A stretch of 64,000 nt of DNA from Natronoarchaeum mannanilyticum. Its GTDB lineage: Archaea > Halobacteriota > Halobacteria > Halobacteriales > Natronoarchaeaceae. The stretch's first letter is position 1, and every line of letters starts with the position of its first letter. The stretch is taken from assembly GCF_039522665.1 (NCBI RefSeq), contig NZ_BAAADV010000001.1:1437792-1501791 (forward strand). Reading direction: 5' to 3'. The notes under the pieces were generated by a model. The model made no database searches. It saw only the letters and a program-made list of their open reading frames with translations, and had not been told where the DNA came from. Shown piece after piece: positions 35,908 to 44,870 of the stretch. Position numbers and translations under genes: made by a program.

Positions 35908-36888
35908 ATGAAGGCGTACGTTTCGACCGAGCGCGACGACGGGAAAGTCGAGATCGACGGGACGGCGGCGATCTACCGCGACCCCGAGCGGGGCCACGCG
36001 ATCGTCGTCGAGAGCGGCGGCCGCGACGTCGCGCTCGACGTGGCCGACGCGACCGTCTCCCGGCGCTCCGACGGCGACGCGCCGATCGTCGTCGAACTTG
36101 CCGACTCCCGTGTAGAGGTCCGGAACAACGGGAACGCGAACGGACTCACCGTCACCAGCGGCGGGCAGACCGAGTCGGTGCCCGAGGATCGGGTCGCGAC
36201 CGTCGACCGCGACGCGACGCTGTCGATCGGCGCGCGCGCGTCGATCGAACTCGTCGTCGAGCGGACCGCCGGCGTCACCAACGTCTACCACGAGGGGAGC
36301 GGCGACGTGGTCGCCGGCGACGTGACCACGGTCGACCGGTCGACGACGATCACCGACAGCGTGGTGAACCGATCCGACGTCGGAAGTTCGGGCGCGGACG
36401 GAGCCGACGGCGGATCGACGGCCGACGCAGCCGGCGGGGAGACGACCGTCGAGGACAGCGTGGTGAACCGCTCGGACGTCGGCGGATCGAACGCCGACGC
36501 GGCAGACGGACGGGCGTCCGACCTGACGGACGAGCGGATGGCCGACCCGACGGACGAACGGCCGCAGAACCCGGAGAACGACGACGGCGCGCGGACGCAG
36601 CGCATCTGCGACGAGCACGGCCCCTACGCGCCGCCGGAGTGTCCCGAGTGCGAGCGGTCGGCGGCGTCCGACGCCGGTGGGCGATCGGACGGCTCGACGT
36701 CCGGTCGGAGCGCCGACTCGTCGTCCGGCGATGCTGACGCGGCGTCCGGGGGAGAGGACGCGGCGTCCGGCGGTACTGACGAGGCGTCCGACGGTGACGA
36801 CGAGGCGACGCAGTTTTGCATCTTCTGCGGCGAGGGGATTCCGGCCGGCGCGGCGTTCTGCCCGGAGTGTGGAGAAGAGCTGCCCTGA
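35908..36888 (+). CDS. FHA-like domain protein with C-terminal Zn ribbons.
   Basis: N-terminal ~110 aa with FHA-like landmarks (GRDVALDVADATVSRRS…NNGNANGLTV…ATLSIGARASIEL). Central S/D/G-rich disordered region. C-terminal CPECERS…CIFCGEG…CPECGEE. Confidence 0.55.
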   Translation: MKAYVSTERDDGKVEIDGTAAIYRDPERGHAIVVESGGRDVALDVADATVSRRSDGDAPIVVELADSRVEVRNNGNANGLTVTSGGQTESVPEDRVATVDRDATLSIGARASIELVVERTAGVTNVYHEGSGDVVAGDVTTVDRSTTITDSVVNRSDVGSSGADGADGGSTADAAGGETTVEDSVVNRSDVGGSNADAADGRASDLTDERMADPTDERPQNPENDDGARTQRICDEHGPYAPPECPECERSAASDAGGRSDGSTSGRSADSSSGDADAASGGEDAASGGTDEASDGDDEATQFCIFCGEGIPAGAAFCPECGEELP

Positions 36889-36935
36889 CGCCGCTGCCGC
36901 CTCAGAATCTGTTCTGGACCGGTCCGTTCGTCCGC

Positions 36936-39620
36936 TTACGCCTGCGTCTCGTCCGCGAGGTCGGCGAGCGCGTCCCGCAGGTACAGCACCGACTCGTAGC
37001 GGTCCGCCTTCTCGCGTTCGAGCGCCGGCATCAGCACGTCGTCGAGTTCGGCGGGCAGCGACGGGTCGGCCTCGCTGGGGGGCTGGATTTCGTCTTCGAC
37101 GACCCGCGTGAGCACCTCGCCGCCCTCGCCCTCGAACGGCGGGCGGCCGACGAACAGGTCGTAGAAGACCGCCCCCAGCTGGTACACGTCGGTCGACTGG
37201 TCGGGATCGCCGAACCGATCGGCGTCGACCTGCTCCGGCGCGGCGTAGCGCGGCGACAGCCCCTCGACGCCGCCGTCGTCGTGGAGCAGCGCCCGCGCGA
37301 GCCCCCAGTCGGCGACCTTCGGCACCGGCCAGCCGCCGTCGTTCGTCCGGAACAGCACGTTCTCGGGCTTGAGATCGAGGTGGGCGACGCCCCGCGAGTG
37401 GGCGTGCTGGACGCCGTCGCTCACGCAGCGGGCCGTCCAGACGGCCTGGTCGAAGGGGAGTTCGCCCGCGTAGTTCGAGAGGTCCCCTCCGTCCATGTAC
37501 TCCAGAAGCATCCACGGGAGCGGCTCGGCGTCCCAGTCGATCACGCCGACGATGAAGTCGTGATCGTCCAGCCCCGCCCAGGTCTCGGCCTCCTCGACGA
37601 ACGACTCCATCGTGTCGGCGTGGAGCGTCCCCTGCATCCGCGGCTCTTTCAGTGCGGCGTCTATTTCCCCGTCACCGGCGGGGATCGTCGCCCGGAACAC
37701 CTCGGCGCTGCCGCCTTCGCCGAGCCGGTCGCCCCGCTCGATATCGGCGTACTCGACGTCGGCGTCCGGCGCGACCGGGATGACGTCGGGAGCACCGTCG
37801 GCCGCACTCTCTCCCGACGTCGATTCGGCACTGGCGGCGTCGGCTCCGGCGGCACCAGCGTCTCCCGCGGCGTCAGCGGCGCGCACGGCCTCTGTCGCGT
37901 CGCCCTCGTCCGGCTCGACGACTGTCGGCGTCCCGTCGCCGATCCCGAGGACGGCCCGGCGGGCCGCGTCGGCGTTCTCCTCGGCGACCGAGCGGAGGTG
38001 CGCCAGCCGGTCCCGTAGCTCTCCGTCGTCGACGGCATCGGTCGCGTCGTCGGCGTCCTCGGCAGCCGCGGTGAACGCGTCGCGGGCCGACTCGTATCGG
38101 CCGTCCCGGAACGTCGCGATGCCGTCGTCGAGCTGGCGTTCGATCCCGGCGACGTACGTCTCGCCGCGCCTGCGCTCGGCGGTCTCGCGGACGCGTTCGA
38201 GTTCGTCGGTCGCCTCGACGCCGCGCTCGTTCGCGCGTTCGAGCGCGACGGTCGCGTGGTCGACCGCCTCGGAGAACGCCGAGCGGGCGTCGTCGAAGTC
38301 CCCGTCGTTCGCTCGCGCGTCCGCCTCCTCGAGACGCGCCTGAGCCGCGTCGGTGAGGACAGTCGCGTACGCCTCCTGTGCCTCCTCGCGGACGAGTTCG
38401 AGGTTTCGGCCCGACAGCGCCTCGGTGTCGTCGAGCGCGGCCAGCACCTCCTCGATCTCGTCGATCGCCCGCTCCCGGTTCTCGGCGTCGGTCGATCGGG
38501 CGTCGTTCACGCGCGCGACGAACCACTTACGCTCGCTCTCCGCGCTTAGATCCCTGGCCTCGTCGCGCAGCGCCATCGCCTCGTCCGTCTCGACGCCGGC
38601 CGTTCCGGCGTGGTCGATCGCGGTCTCGGCTTCGCCGGCGGCCTCGGCGGCCAGTTCGGCGGCGTCGCCGTACGCCTCGTCCGCGGCGGCGCTCTCGGCC
38701 GCCTCGAACTTCGAGCGGGCCGTCTCGATCGCCGACTCGTAGTCGGCCTCGTGCCGGCGCTTTCGCGCGGTCTCGCGTTTCCCGGAGAGGCGCTCTCTGA
38801 CCGTCGAGAGCCGCTCGGCCAGCGCCGGGTTTTCCTCGGGATCGACGTCGCCGACCTCCTTCAGCGCGGCCCTGACGTCGCCGAAGGCGTCGTGGGCGGC
38901 CGCGAACTCGCCGGCCTCCATGCGAGCGTTTCCGGTCGCGAGTTTCTCCTCGGCCCGGTCGAGCGCTTCGCCGACGTCCGTCGCGTTCCGCGCGTGTCGG
39001 AACCGAACGAGCGAGTACAGCGGGACCGTCAGAACGTTGAATCCCCAGACGGCCGTCAGAAGCGTCCACAGCCGGGTCGAGAGCGACTCCTGGGTCGTTC
39101 GGTTGAGCGTCTTCGCGTCGGCGTACACCGCGAGCGGGGTCAGCAGGTACGTCAGAATGAACGTCGAATATAGGGCGTTGGTCGTCATGCCGGAACTGCT
39201 TGACCCCGCTAGCAGGCTGCCGAACTGGACGACGAAGGTCGCCCAGACGACCGCGTGCCAAGGCACCGATCGACCGTGACGTCCGTACCGGGCGAGCGCG
39301 TAGGCCGCGACCACGCCGGACGACAGTATCGGGACGATGGTACCTGCCGGCCACAGCCACGAGGGAGGATCGTCCGCCGACCGTCGCTGCTTGACGTCGT
39401 ACGCGACGGCTCCGATACCACCGAGCCAGCTCACGAGATAGAGAACCGCGAGCGAGCCGCTGCCGTTGGCGTCGCCGCCGAAAGCGAGCGGGCCGACACA
39501 CTGGACCAGCGCGATGCCGGCCAGCGCGTACGTCCAGACTGCGTCCGGGCGATCGTTCGATACGTCCTTCGCCGACTCGGCGTCCGCCTTCCGCACGTCA
39601 TCTTCCCTGGTGACACTCAT
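36936..39620 (-). CDS. Membrane-anchored Hanks-type Ser/Thr protein kinase (6 TM N-terminus, long helical linker, C-terminal kinase).
   Basis: Kinase subdomains: GEGGSAEVF (Gly loop), ALK (Lys), HLDLKPENVLF (catalytic loop), VADWGLA (DFG-equivalent), APE. Six N-terminal hydrophobic helices and an ~350-aa Ala/Glu/Arg-rich helical region. Confidence 0.88.
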   Translation of the reverse strand: MSVTREDDVRKADAESAKDVSNDRPDAVWTYALAGIALVQCVGPLAFGGDANGSGSLAVLYLVSWLGGIGAVAYDVKQRRSADDPPSWLWPAGTIVPILSSGVVAAYALARYGRHGRSVPWHAVVWATFVVQFGSLLAGSSSSGMTTNALYSTFILTYLLTPLAVYADAKTLNRTTQESLSTRLWTLLTAVWGFNVLTVPLYSLVRFRHARNATDVGEALDRAEEKLATGNARMEAGEFAAAHDAFGDVRAALKEVGDVDPEENPALAERLSTVRERLSGKRETARKRRHEADYESAIETARSKFEAAESAAADEAYGDAAELAAEAAGEAETAIDHAGTAGVETDEAMALRDEARDLSAESERKWFVARVNDARSTDAENRERAIDEIEEVLAALDDTEALSGRNLELVREEAQEAYATVLTDAAQARLEEADARANDGDFDDARSAFSEAVDHATVALERANERGVEATDELERVRETAERRRGETYVAGIERQLDDGIATFRDGRYESARDAFTAAAEDADDATDAVDDGELRDRLAHLRSVAEENADAARRAVLGIGDGTPTVVEPDEGDATEAVRAADAAGDAGAAGADAASAESTSGESAADGAPDVIPVAPDADVEYADIERGDRLGEGGSAEVFRATIPAGDGEIDAALKEPRMQGTLHADTMESFVEEAETWAGLDDHDFIVGVIDWDAEPLPWMLLEYMDGGDLSNYAGELPFDQAVWTARCVSDGVQHAHSRGVAHLDLKPENVLFRTNDGGWPVPKVADWGLARALLHDDGGVEGLSPRYAAPEQVDADRFGDPDQSTDVYQLGAVFYDLFVGRPPFEGEGGEVLTRVVEDEIQPPSEADPSLPAELDDVLMPALEREKADRYESVLYLRDALADLADETQA

Positions 39621-39779
39621 GACAGACCGGTTATCCGATTGGGGAAGTAACTCTGCCGGAGCGAGTAAAGTGCTTTGGACGCCGGCTCCGCGTCGTTCCG
39701 CTCCCGTCGCGGGAGCGTCCGGTCGGGTTGCCAGCGTCTTCCCGATCCGGTCGTCGTAGCGATTCTCGTTTCCGGACGC

Positions 39780-41270
39780 CTATCGATTCAGCGTGTGGAT
39801 CGCGTGGCCCAGCGCGTTCTCGGCGGCCTCCATCACGGCTTCCGAGAGCGTCGGGTGGGTGTGGACCGTCGCGGCGACGTCCTCGACGGTGGCGCCCAGT
39901 TCGACGGCCAGCCCGATCTCGGCGATCAGCTCGGAGGCCTCAGGGCCGACGACCTGCCCGCCGAGCACGAAGCCCGATTCCTCGTCGGCGACCAGCCTGA
40001 CGAACCCGTCGGACTCGCCGGTCGTGAGCGCCCGGCCGCTCGCGCGGAACGGGAACTCGCCGACCATCGGCTCGAACCCTTCCGCCTCGGCCTCTTCGGC
40101 TGTGAGCCCGACGGTGCCGATCTCGGGGTCGGTGAACACCGCGGCGGGGATCGCCTGGTAGTCCAGCGCCGCGGGCTCGCCGGCGATCACTTCCGCGGCG
40201 ACCTGCCCCTCCTTGCTGCCCTTGTGAGCCAGCATCGGCTCGCCCGCCACGTCGCCGACGGCGAAGACGTGCTCGACGTCGGTCCGGGCCTCCTCGTCGG
40301 TCTGCAGGAAGCCCCGGTCGTCCGGTTCGAGGCCGATCGCCTCGGGGTTCACCGTGTCGGTGACCGGCTCGCGCCCGACCGCGACGAGCACCTTCTCCGC
40401 CTGCAAGCTGAGCCCCTCGTCCTCGGCATCCTCGCTTTCGGCGTCCTCCACCTCCGCCTGTTCGCCCCCGTCCGCGGCGGCGCCGCCCGCCGGCTCCGTC
40501 TCGACCGTCACCGTCCCGTCGCCGGTGTGGTGCCACTCGCTGGCGGTCTGGCCGAAGTGGAACTCGACGCCGAGCTCCTCGGCGCGCTTTTTCACTGGTC
40601 GCGCGAGGTCGTCCTCGTAGCCCGGCAGCGCCTGGTCTAACATCTCGATCACGGTGACGTCGGTGCCGAGCTTGGCGAACACGCCCGCCAGCTCCATCCC
40701 GATGTAGCCCGCGCCGACGACCACCAGCGAATCGGGCACCGTATCGAGCGCCAGCGCCTGCCGCGAGTCTAGAACGGGCTCGTCGTCGTAGGCGAACCCG
40801 GGGATCTCGATCGGTCGCGAGCCCGTCGCGACGACCGCGTGCTCGAACTCGATCGTCTCCGACCCCTGCCCCTCGCCGCCGTGCACGACGCGGGCCTCGT
40901 GCTCGCCGGCGAACTCCGCGCGGCCCTCCACGATGTTGACCTGGTTGGCCTTGCAGAGCTTCTCGACGCCGCCGGTGAGCTGGTCGACGACGCCGCCTTT
41001 CCACTCCTGCATCCCGCTCAGATCCACGGCGGGGTCGGCGTGGATCCCCATCTCCTCGGCGTTGGCGGCGTCGTGGGCGACGTCCGTCGCCGAGAGCAGC
41101 GCCTTCGAGGGGATGCAGCCGTGGTTGAGGCAGGTGCCACCCACGGCGTCGTCCTCGACGAGCGTCACGTCCAGATCGAGCTGTCCGGCCCGGATCGCGG
41201 CGACGTAGCCCGCCGGTCCGCCGCCGATCACCAGTACGTCCGTCCCTGTCGCGATGTCTCCGACGACCAT
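39780..41270 (-). CDS. lpdA: Dihydrolipoamide dehydrogenase (E3).
   Basis: GGGPAGY FAD motif, redox CLNHGC disulfide, NAD-binding GAGYIGME and a C-terminal dimerisation HTHPT motif. Confidence 0.95.
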   Translation of the reverse strand: MVVGDIATGTDVLVIGGGPAGYVAAIRAGQLDLDVTLVEDDAVGGTCLNHGCIPSKALLSATDVAHDAANAEEMGIHADPAVDLSGMQEWKGGVVDQLTGGVEKLCKANQVNIVEGRAEFAGEHEARVVHGGEGQGSETIEFEHAVVATGSRPIEIPGFAYDDEPVLDSRQALALDTVPDSLVVVGAGYIGMELAGVFAKLGTDVTVIEMLDQALPGYEDDLARPVKKRAEELGVEFHFGQTASEWHHTGDGTVTVETEPAGGAAADGGEQAEVEDAESEDAEDEGLSLQAEKVLVAVGREPVTDTVNPEAIGLEPDDRGFLQTDEEARTDVEHVFAVGDVAGEPMLAHKGSKEGQVAAEVIAGEPAALDYQAIPAAVFTDPEIGTVGLTAEEAEAEGFEPMVGEFPFRASGRALTTGESDGFVRLVADEESGFVLGGQVVGPEASELIAEIGLAVELGATVEDVAATVHTHPTLSEAVMEAAENALGHAIHTLNR

Positions 41271-41364
41271 TGAATGGCCCTTCGGTCCGGAGCAAGTAGT
41301 AGGTGGGGTCGGCGAACGGTCAGTAGGCGGAGTCGGCGAACGGTCGCCCCCCGGCCCGGGTGCG

Positions 41365-41422
41365 GCGTCACACTGTGTGACGCTCTGACGATAACACCGG
41401 TGTAACCACCTGACACCGGTGT
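41365..41422. promoter_or_regulatory. Cluster of perfect palindromes in the lpdA/LUD divergent intergenic region (candidate operator sites).
   Basis: A 19-bp palindrome gcgtcacac-t-gtgtgacgc at 41365-41383. Two copies of the 10-bp palindrome acaccggtgt at 41394-41403 and 41413-41422, 19 bp centre to centre. Both lie just upstream of a ttaagg box at about -30 of the LUD gene. Confidence 0.5.
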
Positions 41423-41466
41423 CCGCGAGAGGTTAAGGATGTGCCGCCGCAACTAACAGTACGATC

Positions 41467-42120
41467 ATGTCGCAGAAATCTGACTACGCAGACGACGCCG
41501 ACGTCGACGCGACGCTCGACCAGCTTCCCGACGACGAGACGATCGAGGAGACGGTCGCCAATCTCGAAGCCAACGGGTTCGAGGTCGTCGTGGTCGACTC
41601 GCGCGAGGAGGCGCTCGACGCCGTGCAGTCCCAGATCCCCGCGGGGGCGTCCGTGATGAACGGTCACTCGACGACGCTCGAGGAGATCGGCTTCGTCGAG
41701 CACCTGAGCGAGGGCGACCACGAGTGGGAGAGCCTGCCCGACCAGATCTGGAGCATCGACGACGACGAGGAGCGCCAGGCCGCCCGCCGCGAGTCCCAGA
41801 CCGCCGACTACTTCCTCGGCGGCATCAACGCCATCTCTCAGACCGGCGAGCTCGTCGCCGCCGACCGCTCGGGCAGCCGCGTCGGCGCCTACCCCTTCGC
41901 CGCCGGCAACGTCGTGATCGTCAGCGGCGTCAACAAGATCGTCCCGACGCTCGACGACGCGCTCGACCGGCTCGAAGACGTCGCGTACCCGCTCGAAAAC
42001 GAGCGCGCGCAGGACGCCTACGGCGTCGACTCCGCGATCGCCAAGCAGCTCATCTTCCGCCAGGAGCTCGAAGAGGGCCGCACGACGGTCGTGCTCGTCC
42101 GCGAGCAGCTGGGCTACTGA
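41467..42120 (+). CDS. LUD-domain (LutC/YkgG-like, DUF162) protein.
   Basis: Lactate-utilisation-like fold (…FLGGINAISQTGELV…GNVVIVSGVNKIV…). Confidence 0.7.
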   Translation: MSQKSDYADDADVDATLDQLPDDETIEETVANLEANGFEVVVVDSREEALDAVQSQIPAGASVMNGHSTTLEEIGFVEHLSEGDHEWESLPDQIWSIDDDEERQAARRESQTADYFLGGINAISQTGELVAADRSGSRVGAYPFAAGNVVIVSGVNKIVPTLDDALDRLEDVAYPLENERAQDAYGVDSAIAKQLIFRQELEEGRTTVVLVREQLGY

Positions 42121-42135
42121 GCGCCGCTCCCCTCG

Positions 42136-43839
42136 CTACTCTAACAGCAGCAGCGACGGCTCTTCGAGGTACTCTTTCAGCGTGTTAGTAAAGCGGGCGG
42201 CGTCGGCGCCGTCGACGACCCGGTGGTCGATCGACAGGCTGAGCGGCAGCGTCTCGCGCGCCACCACCTCGCCGTCTTCGGCGACGGGTCGCTCGTCGAT
42301 CGCGCCGAGCCCGAGGATCGCCACTTCGGGGTGGTTGATGATCGGCGTCGCGAAGTCGCCGCCGATGCCGCCGAAGTTGGTGATCGTGAACGTGCCGCCC
42401 TGCATCTCGGCGCGCTCGATCGACCGTTCGCGGGCCTTCTGGACGAGTTCGTTCGTCTCGGAGGCGACCTGCAACAGTCCCTTCTCGTCCACGTCGTCGA
42501 CGACCGGCACCATCAGCCCCGCCTCGGTGTCGGCGGCGACGCCGACGTTGTAGTAGCGCTTCTCGACGATCTCCTCGGCCTCCTCGTCGAGTTGGGCGTT
42601 GACGATCGGATGCTCCTTCAGCGCCGCGACGCAGGCCTTCATCACGAACGGCATGTAGGTTAGGCGGATGCCCCGCTCCTCGGCCTCGGGCTTGAGGCGC
42701 TCGCGAATCTCGACCAGCCGGGTCGCGTCCGCGGTGTCGTGGTGGGTGACGTGGGGCGCGGTGAACTTCGACTGGCTCATCCGCTCGCCGATCGTCCGCC
42801 GGACGCCGCGGTAGGGTCGACGTCGCTCGCGCTCGCCCTCGACCGCAGTTGCCTCCGCAGCGTCACCGGTCGACGCCGCGGCGTCGTCCGCCGACTCCGC
42901 CGCGGGAACGTCGGCGTCCTGCACCTGCAGCGCCTGCACGTCGGCCTCCTGGGCCTCGCGCTGAGCCTGCGCGTACTCGCGGACAGCATCCTCGCTGACG
43001 AACGCCTCGCCGTCGCGCTGTTCGGTCGCCGGCACCGCGTTCAGATCGACGCCCTTCTCGCGGGCGACGCGGCGGGTCGCCGGCGCGGCGAGCGTCCGGT
43101 CGCGGTCGGCGGCGTCGGTTCGGGTGGCCTGTCCGCTCGCCTCGCCGGTCGGCGCCGATCCCTGCGACGCGGCGTCGGTCGGGGCATCCGTCGCTTCGGC
43201 GTCCGTCGTCGCTTCGGCGTCGGTCGACCCCGTTGTCGCCGCGTCGCCTCCCGCAGCCGCTTGCTCGGCGCCGCCGCTCGCGGCCGCCCGGACGTCGCCG
43301 GCGGTGACGCGCCCGCCCGGTCCGGAGCCCTCGACCGACCCGAGGTCGACGCCTTCCTCCCGGGCCAATCGTCGGACGCTCGGCGGTGCGAACACCCGGC
43401 CGCTCGACGCCGTCTCGGCGTCCGGCTCGACCGCGGTCTCGGTTTCGGGATCGCCGGTTTCGGCTGGTTCGGCGTCGGCGCCGCCGGTCGCCTGGGCGTC
43501 GTCTGCGGCTCGCGCTTCGACCTCGGCCTTCTCGGTGTCGGCTTCCTCAGCTTCGGGTTCGGCCTCCGCTTGGGCGTCCGCCTCGGCCGCCGATTCCTCG
43601 CCCGCAACGTCGAAGGTGATGATCACCTCGCCGACGGGGACGACCTCGCCCTCCTCGGCCAGGATCTCTCTGACCGTCCCGTCGACCGGCGCGGGCACGT
43701 CGACGACCGCCTTGTCGGTCTCGACCTCCGCGACGGGCTGGTCCTCCTCGACCGCGTCGCCCGGTTCGACGAGCCAGCGGACGATCTCGCCCTCCGCGAC
43801 CCCCTCGCCGACGTCGGGGAGTTTGAACTCTCGTACCAT
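42136..43839 (-). CDS. pdhC: Dihydrolipoamide acyltransferase (E2) of a 2-oxoacid dehydrogenase complex.
   Basis: Lipoyl domain (ETDKA lipoyl-lysine), long Ala/Glu/Asp-rich linkers, E3-binding domain and a catalytic domain with DHRVVDG. Confidence 0.92.
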   Translation of the reverse strand: MVREFKLPDVGEGVAEGEIVRWLVEPGDAVEEDQPVAEVETDKAVVDVPAPVDGTVREILAEEGEVVPVGEVIITFDVAGEESAAEADAQAEAEPEAEEADTEKAEVEARAADDAQATGGADAEPAETGDPETETAVEPDAETASSGRVFAPPSVRRLAREEGVDLGSVEGSGPGGRVTAGDVRAAASGGAEQAAAGGDAATTGSTDAEATTDAEATDAPTDAASQGSAPTGEASGQATRTDAADRDRTLAAPATRRVAREKGVDLNAVPATEQRDGEAFVSEDAVREYAQAQREAQEADVQALQVQDADVPAAESADDAAASTGDAAEATAVEGERERRRPYRGVRRTIGERMSQSKFTAPHVTHHDTADATRLVEIRERLKPEAEERGIRLTYMPFVMKACVAALKEHPIVNAQLDEEAEEIVEKRYYNVGVAADTEAGLMVPVVDDVDEKGLLQVASETNELVQKARERSIERAEMQGGTFTITNFGGIGGDFATPIINHPEVAILGLGAIDERPVAEDGEVVARETLPLSLSIDHRVVDGADAARFTNTLKEYLEEPSLLLLE

Positions 43840-43842
43840 GCG

Positions 43843-44868
43843 TTAGAACTCCACGGCCTCCCGGATTCCCTCTTCGATGCGGGCGGGTTCGGGCAGGTAG
43901 AAGTCCTCCAAGGCGTACAGCGGGAACGGCGTGTCGAAGCCGGTGACCCGCTCGACGGGCGCTTCCTGGTAGAGCAGCGCCTCCTCCTGGAGGATCGCCG
44001 TGATCTCGCCGGCCAGCCCGCCGGTGCGGGGCGCCTCGTGGACGACGACCGCGCGGCCGGTCTTCTCGAAGGAGTCGACGATCGTCTCGCGGTCGAGCGG
44101 CGACAGCGAGCGCAGATCGACGACCTCGACGTCGATGTCGCCGTCGAGGTTCTCCGCGGCCTCCTCGGTCCGGTGGGCCATCGCGCCCCAGGCGTAGGCG
44201 GTGACGTCCGATCCCTCCCGGCGCACGGTCGCCTCGCCCAGCGGCACCTCGTAGGGTTCTCGGGGGACGTCGCCGCGGAACGCCCGGTAGATCAGCTTCG
44301 GTTCGAGGAAGAGGACGGGATCGGGGTCGCGGATCGCGCTGATGAGCATCCCCTTGGCGTCGTACGGCGTCGAGGGGACCGCCACCTTGAGGCCGGGCTG
44401 GTGGACGAAAAACGCCTCCGTCGACTCGGAGTGGTGCTCGGGCGCGCGGATGCCGCCGCCGTACGGCGCCCGGACGACCATCGGGCAGGTGTAGCGCCCG
44501 CGCGAGCGCGTCCGCAGGCGGGCGGCGTGGGAGACGAGCTGGTCGAACGCGGGGTAGATAAAGCCCATGAACTGCACCTCGGCGACCGGTTTGAGACCGT
44601 AGGCGGCCATCCCGATCGCGCTGCCGACGATGCCCGACTCCGCGAGGGGAGTGTCGATCACCCGGTCCTCGCCGAACTCCTCGTACAGCCCGTCGGTGGC
44701 GCGGAACACGCCGCCGTTCTTGCCGACGTCCTCGCCCATCACCAGCACGTCGTCGTCGCGGGCGAGTTCGGTCGCCATCGCCTCTCTTACTGCTTCGACC
44801 AGCGTCAGCGAGTCGGTGTCGACGGTACCCGGATCCGGCGTCTCGGTGGATTGCTGTTTGCTCGCCAT
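43843..44868 (-). CDS. pdhB: 2-oxoacid (pyruvate) dehydrogenase E1 beta subunit.
   Basis: Transketolase-like pyrimidine-binding and C-terminal domains (…VIDTPLAESGIVG…). Confidence 0.92.
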   Translation of the reverse strand: MASKQQSTETPDPGTVDTDSLTLVEAVREAMATELARDDDVLVMGEDVGKNGGVFRATDGLYEEFGEDRVIDTPLAESGIVGSAIGMAAYGLKPVAEVQFMGFIYPAFDQLVSHAARLRTRSRGRYTCPMVVRAPYGGGIRAPEHHSESTEAFFVHQPGLKVAVPSTPYDAKGMLISAIRDPDPVLFLEPKLIYRAFRGDVPREPYEVPLGEATVRREGSDVTAYAWGAMAHRTEEAAENLDGDIDVEVVDLRSLSPLDRETIVDSFEKTGRAVVVHEAPRTGGLAGEITAILQEEALLYQEAPVERVTGFDTPFPLYALEDFYLPEPARIEEGIREAVEF

Positions 44869-44870
44869 GG

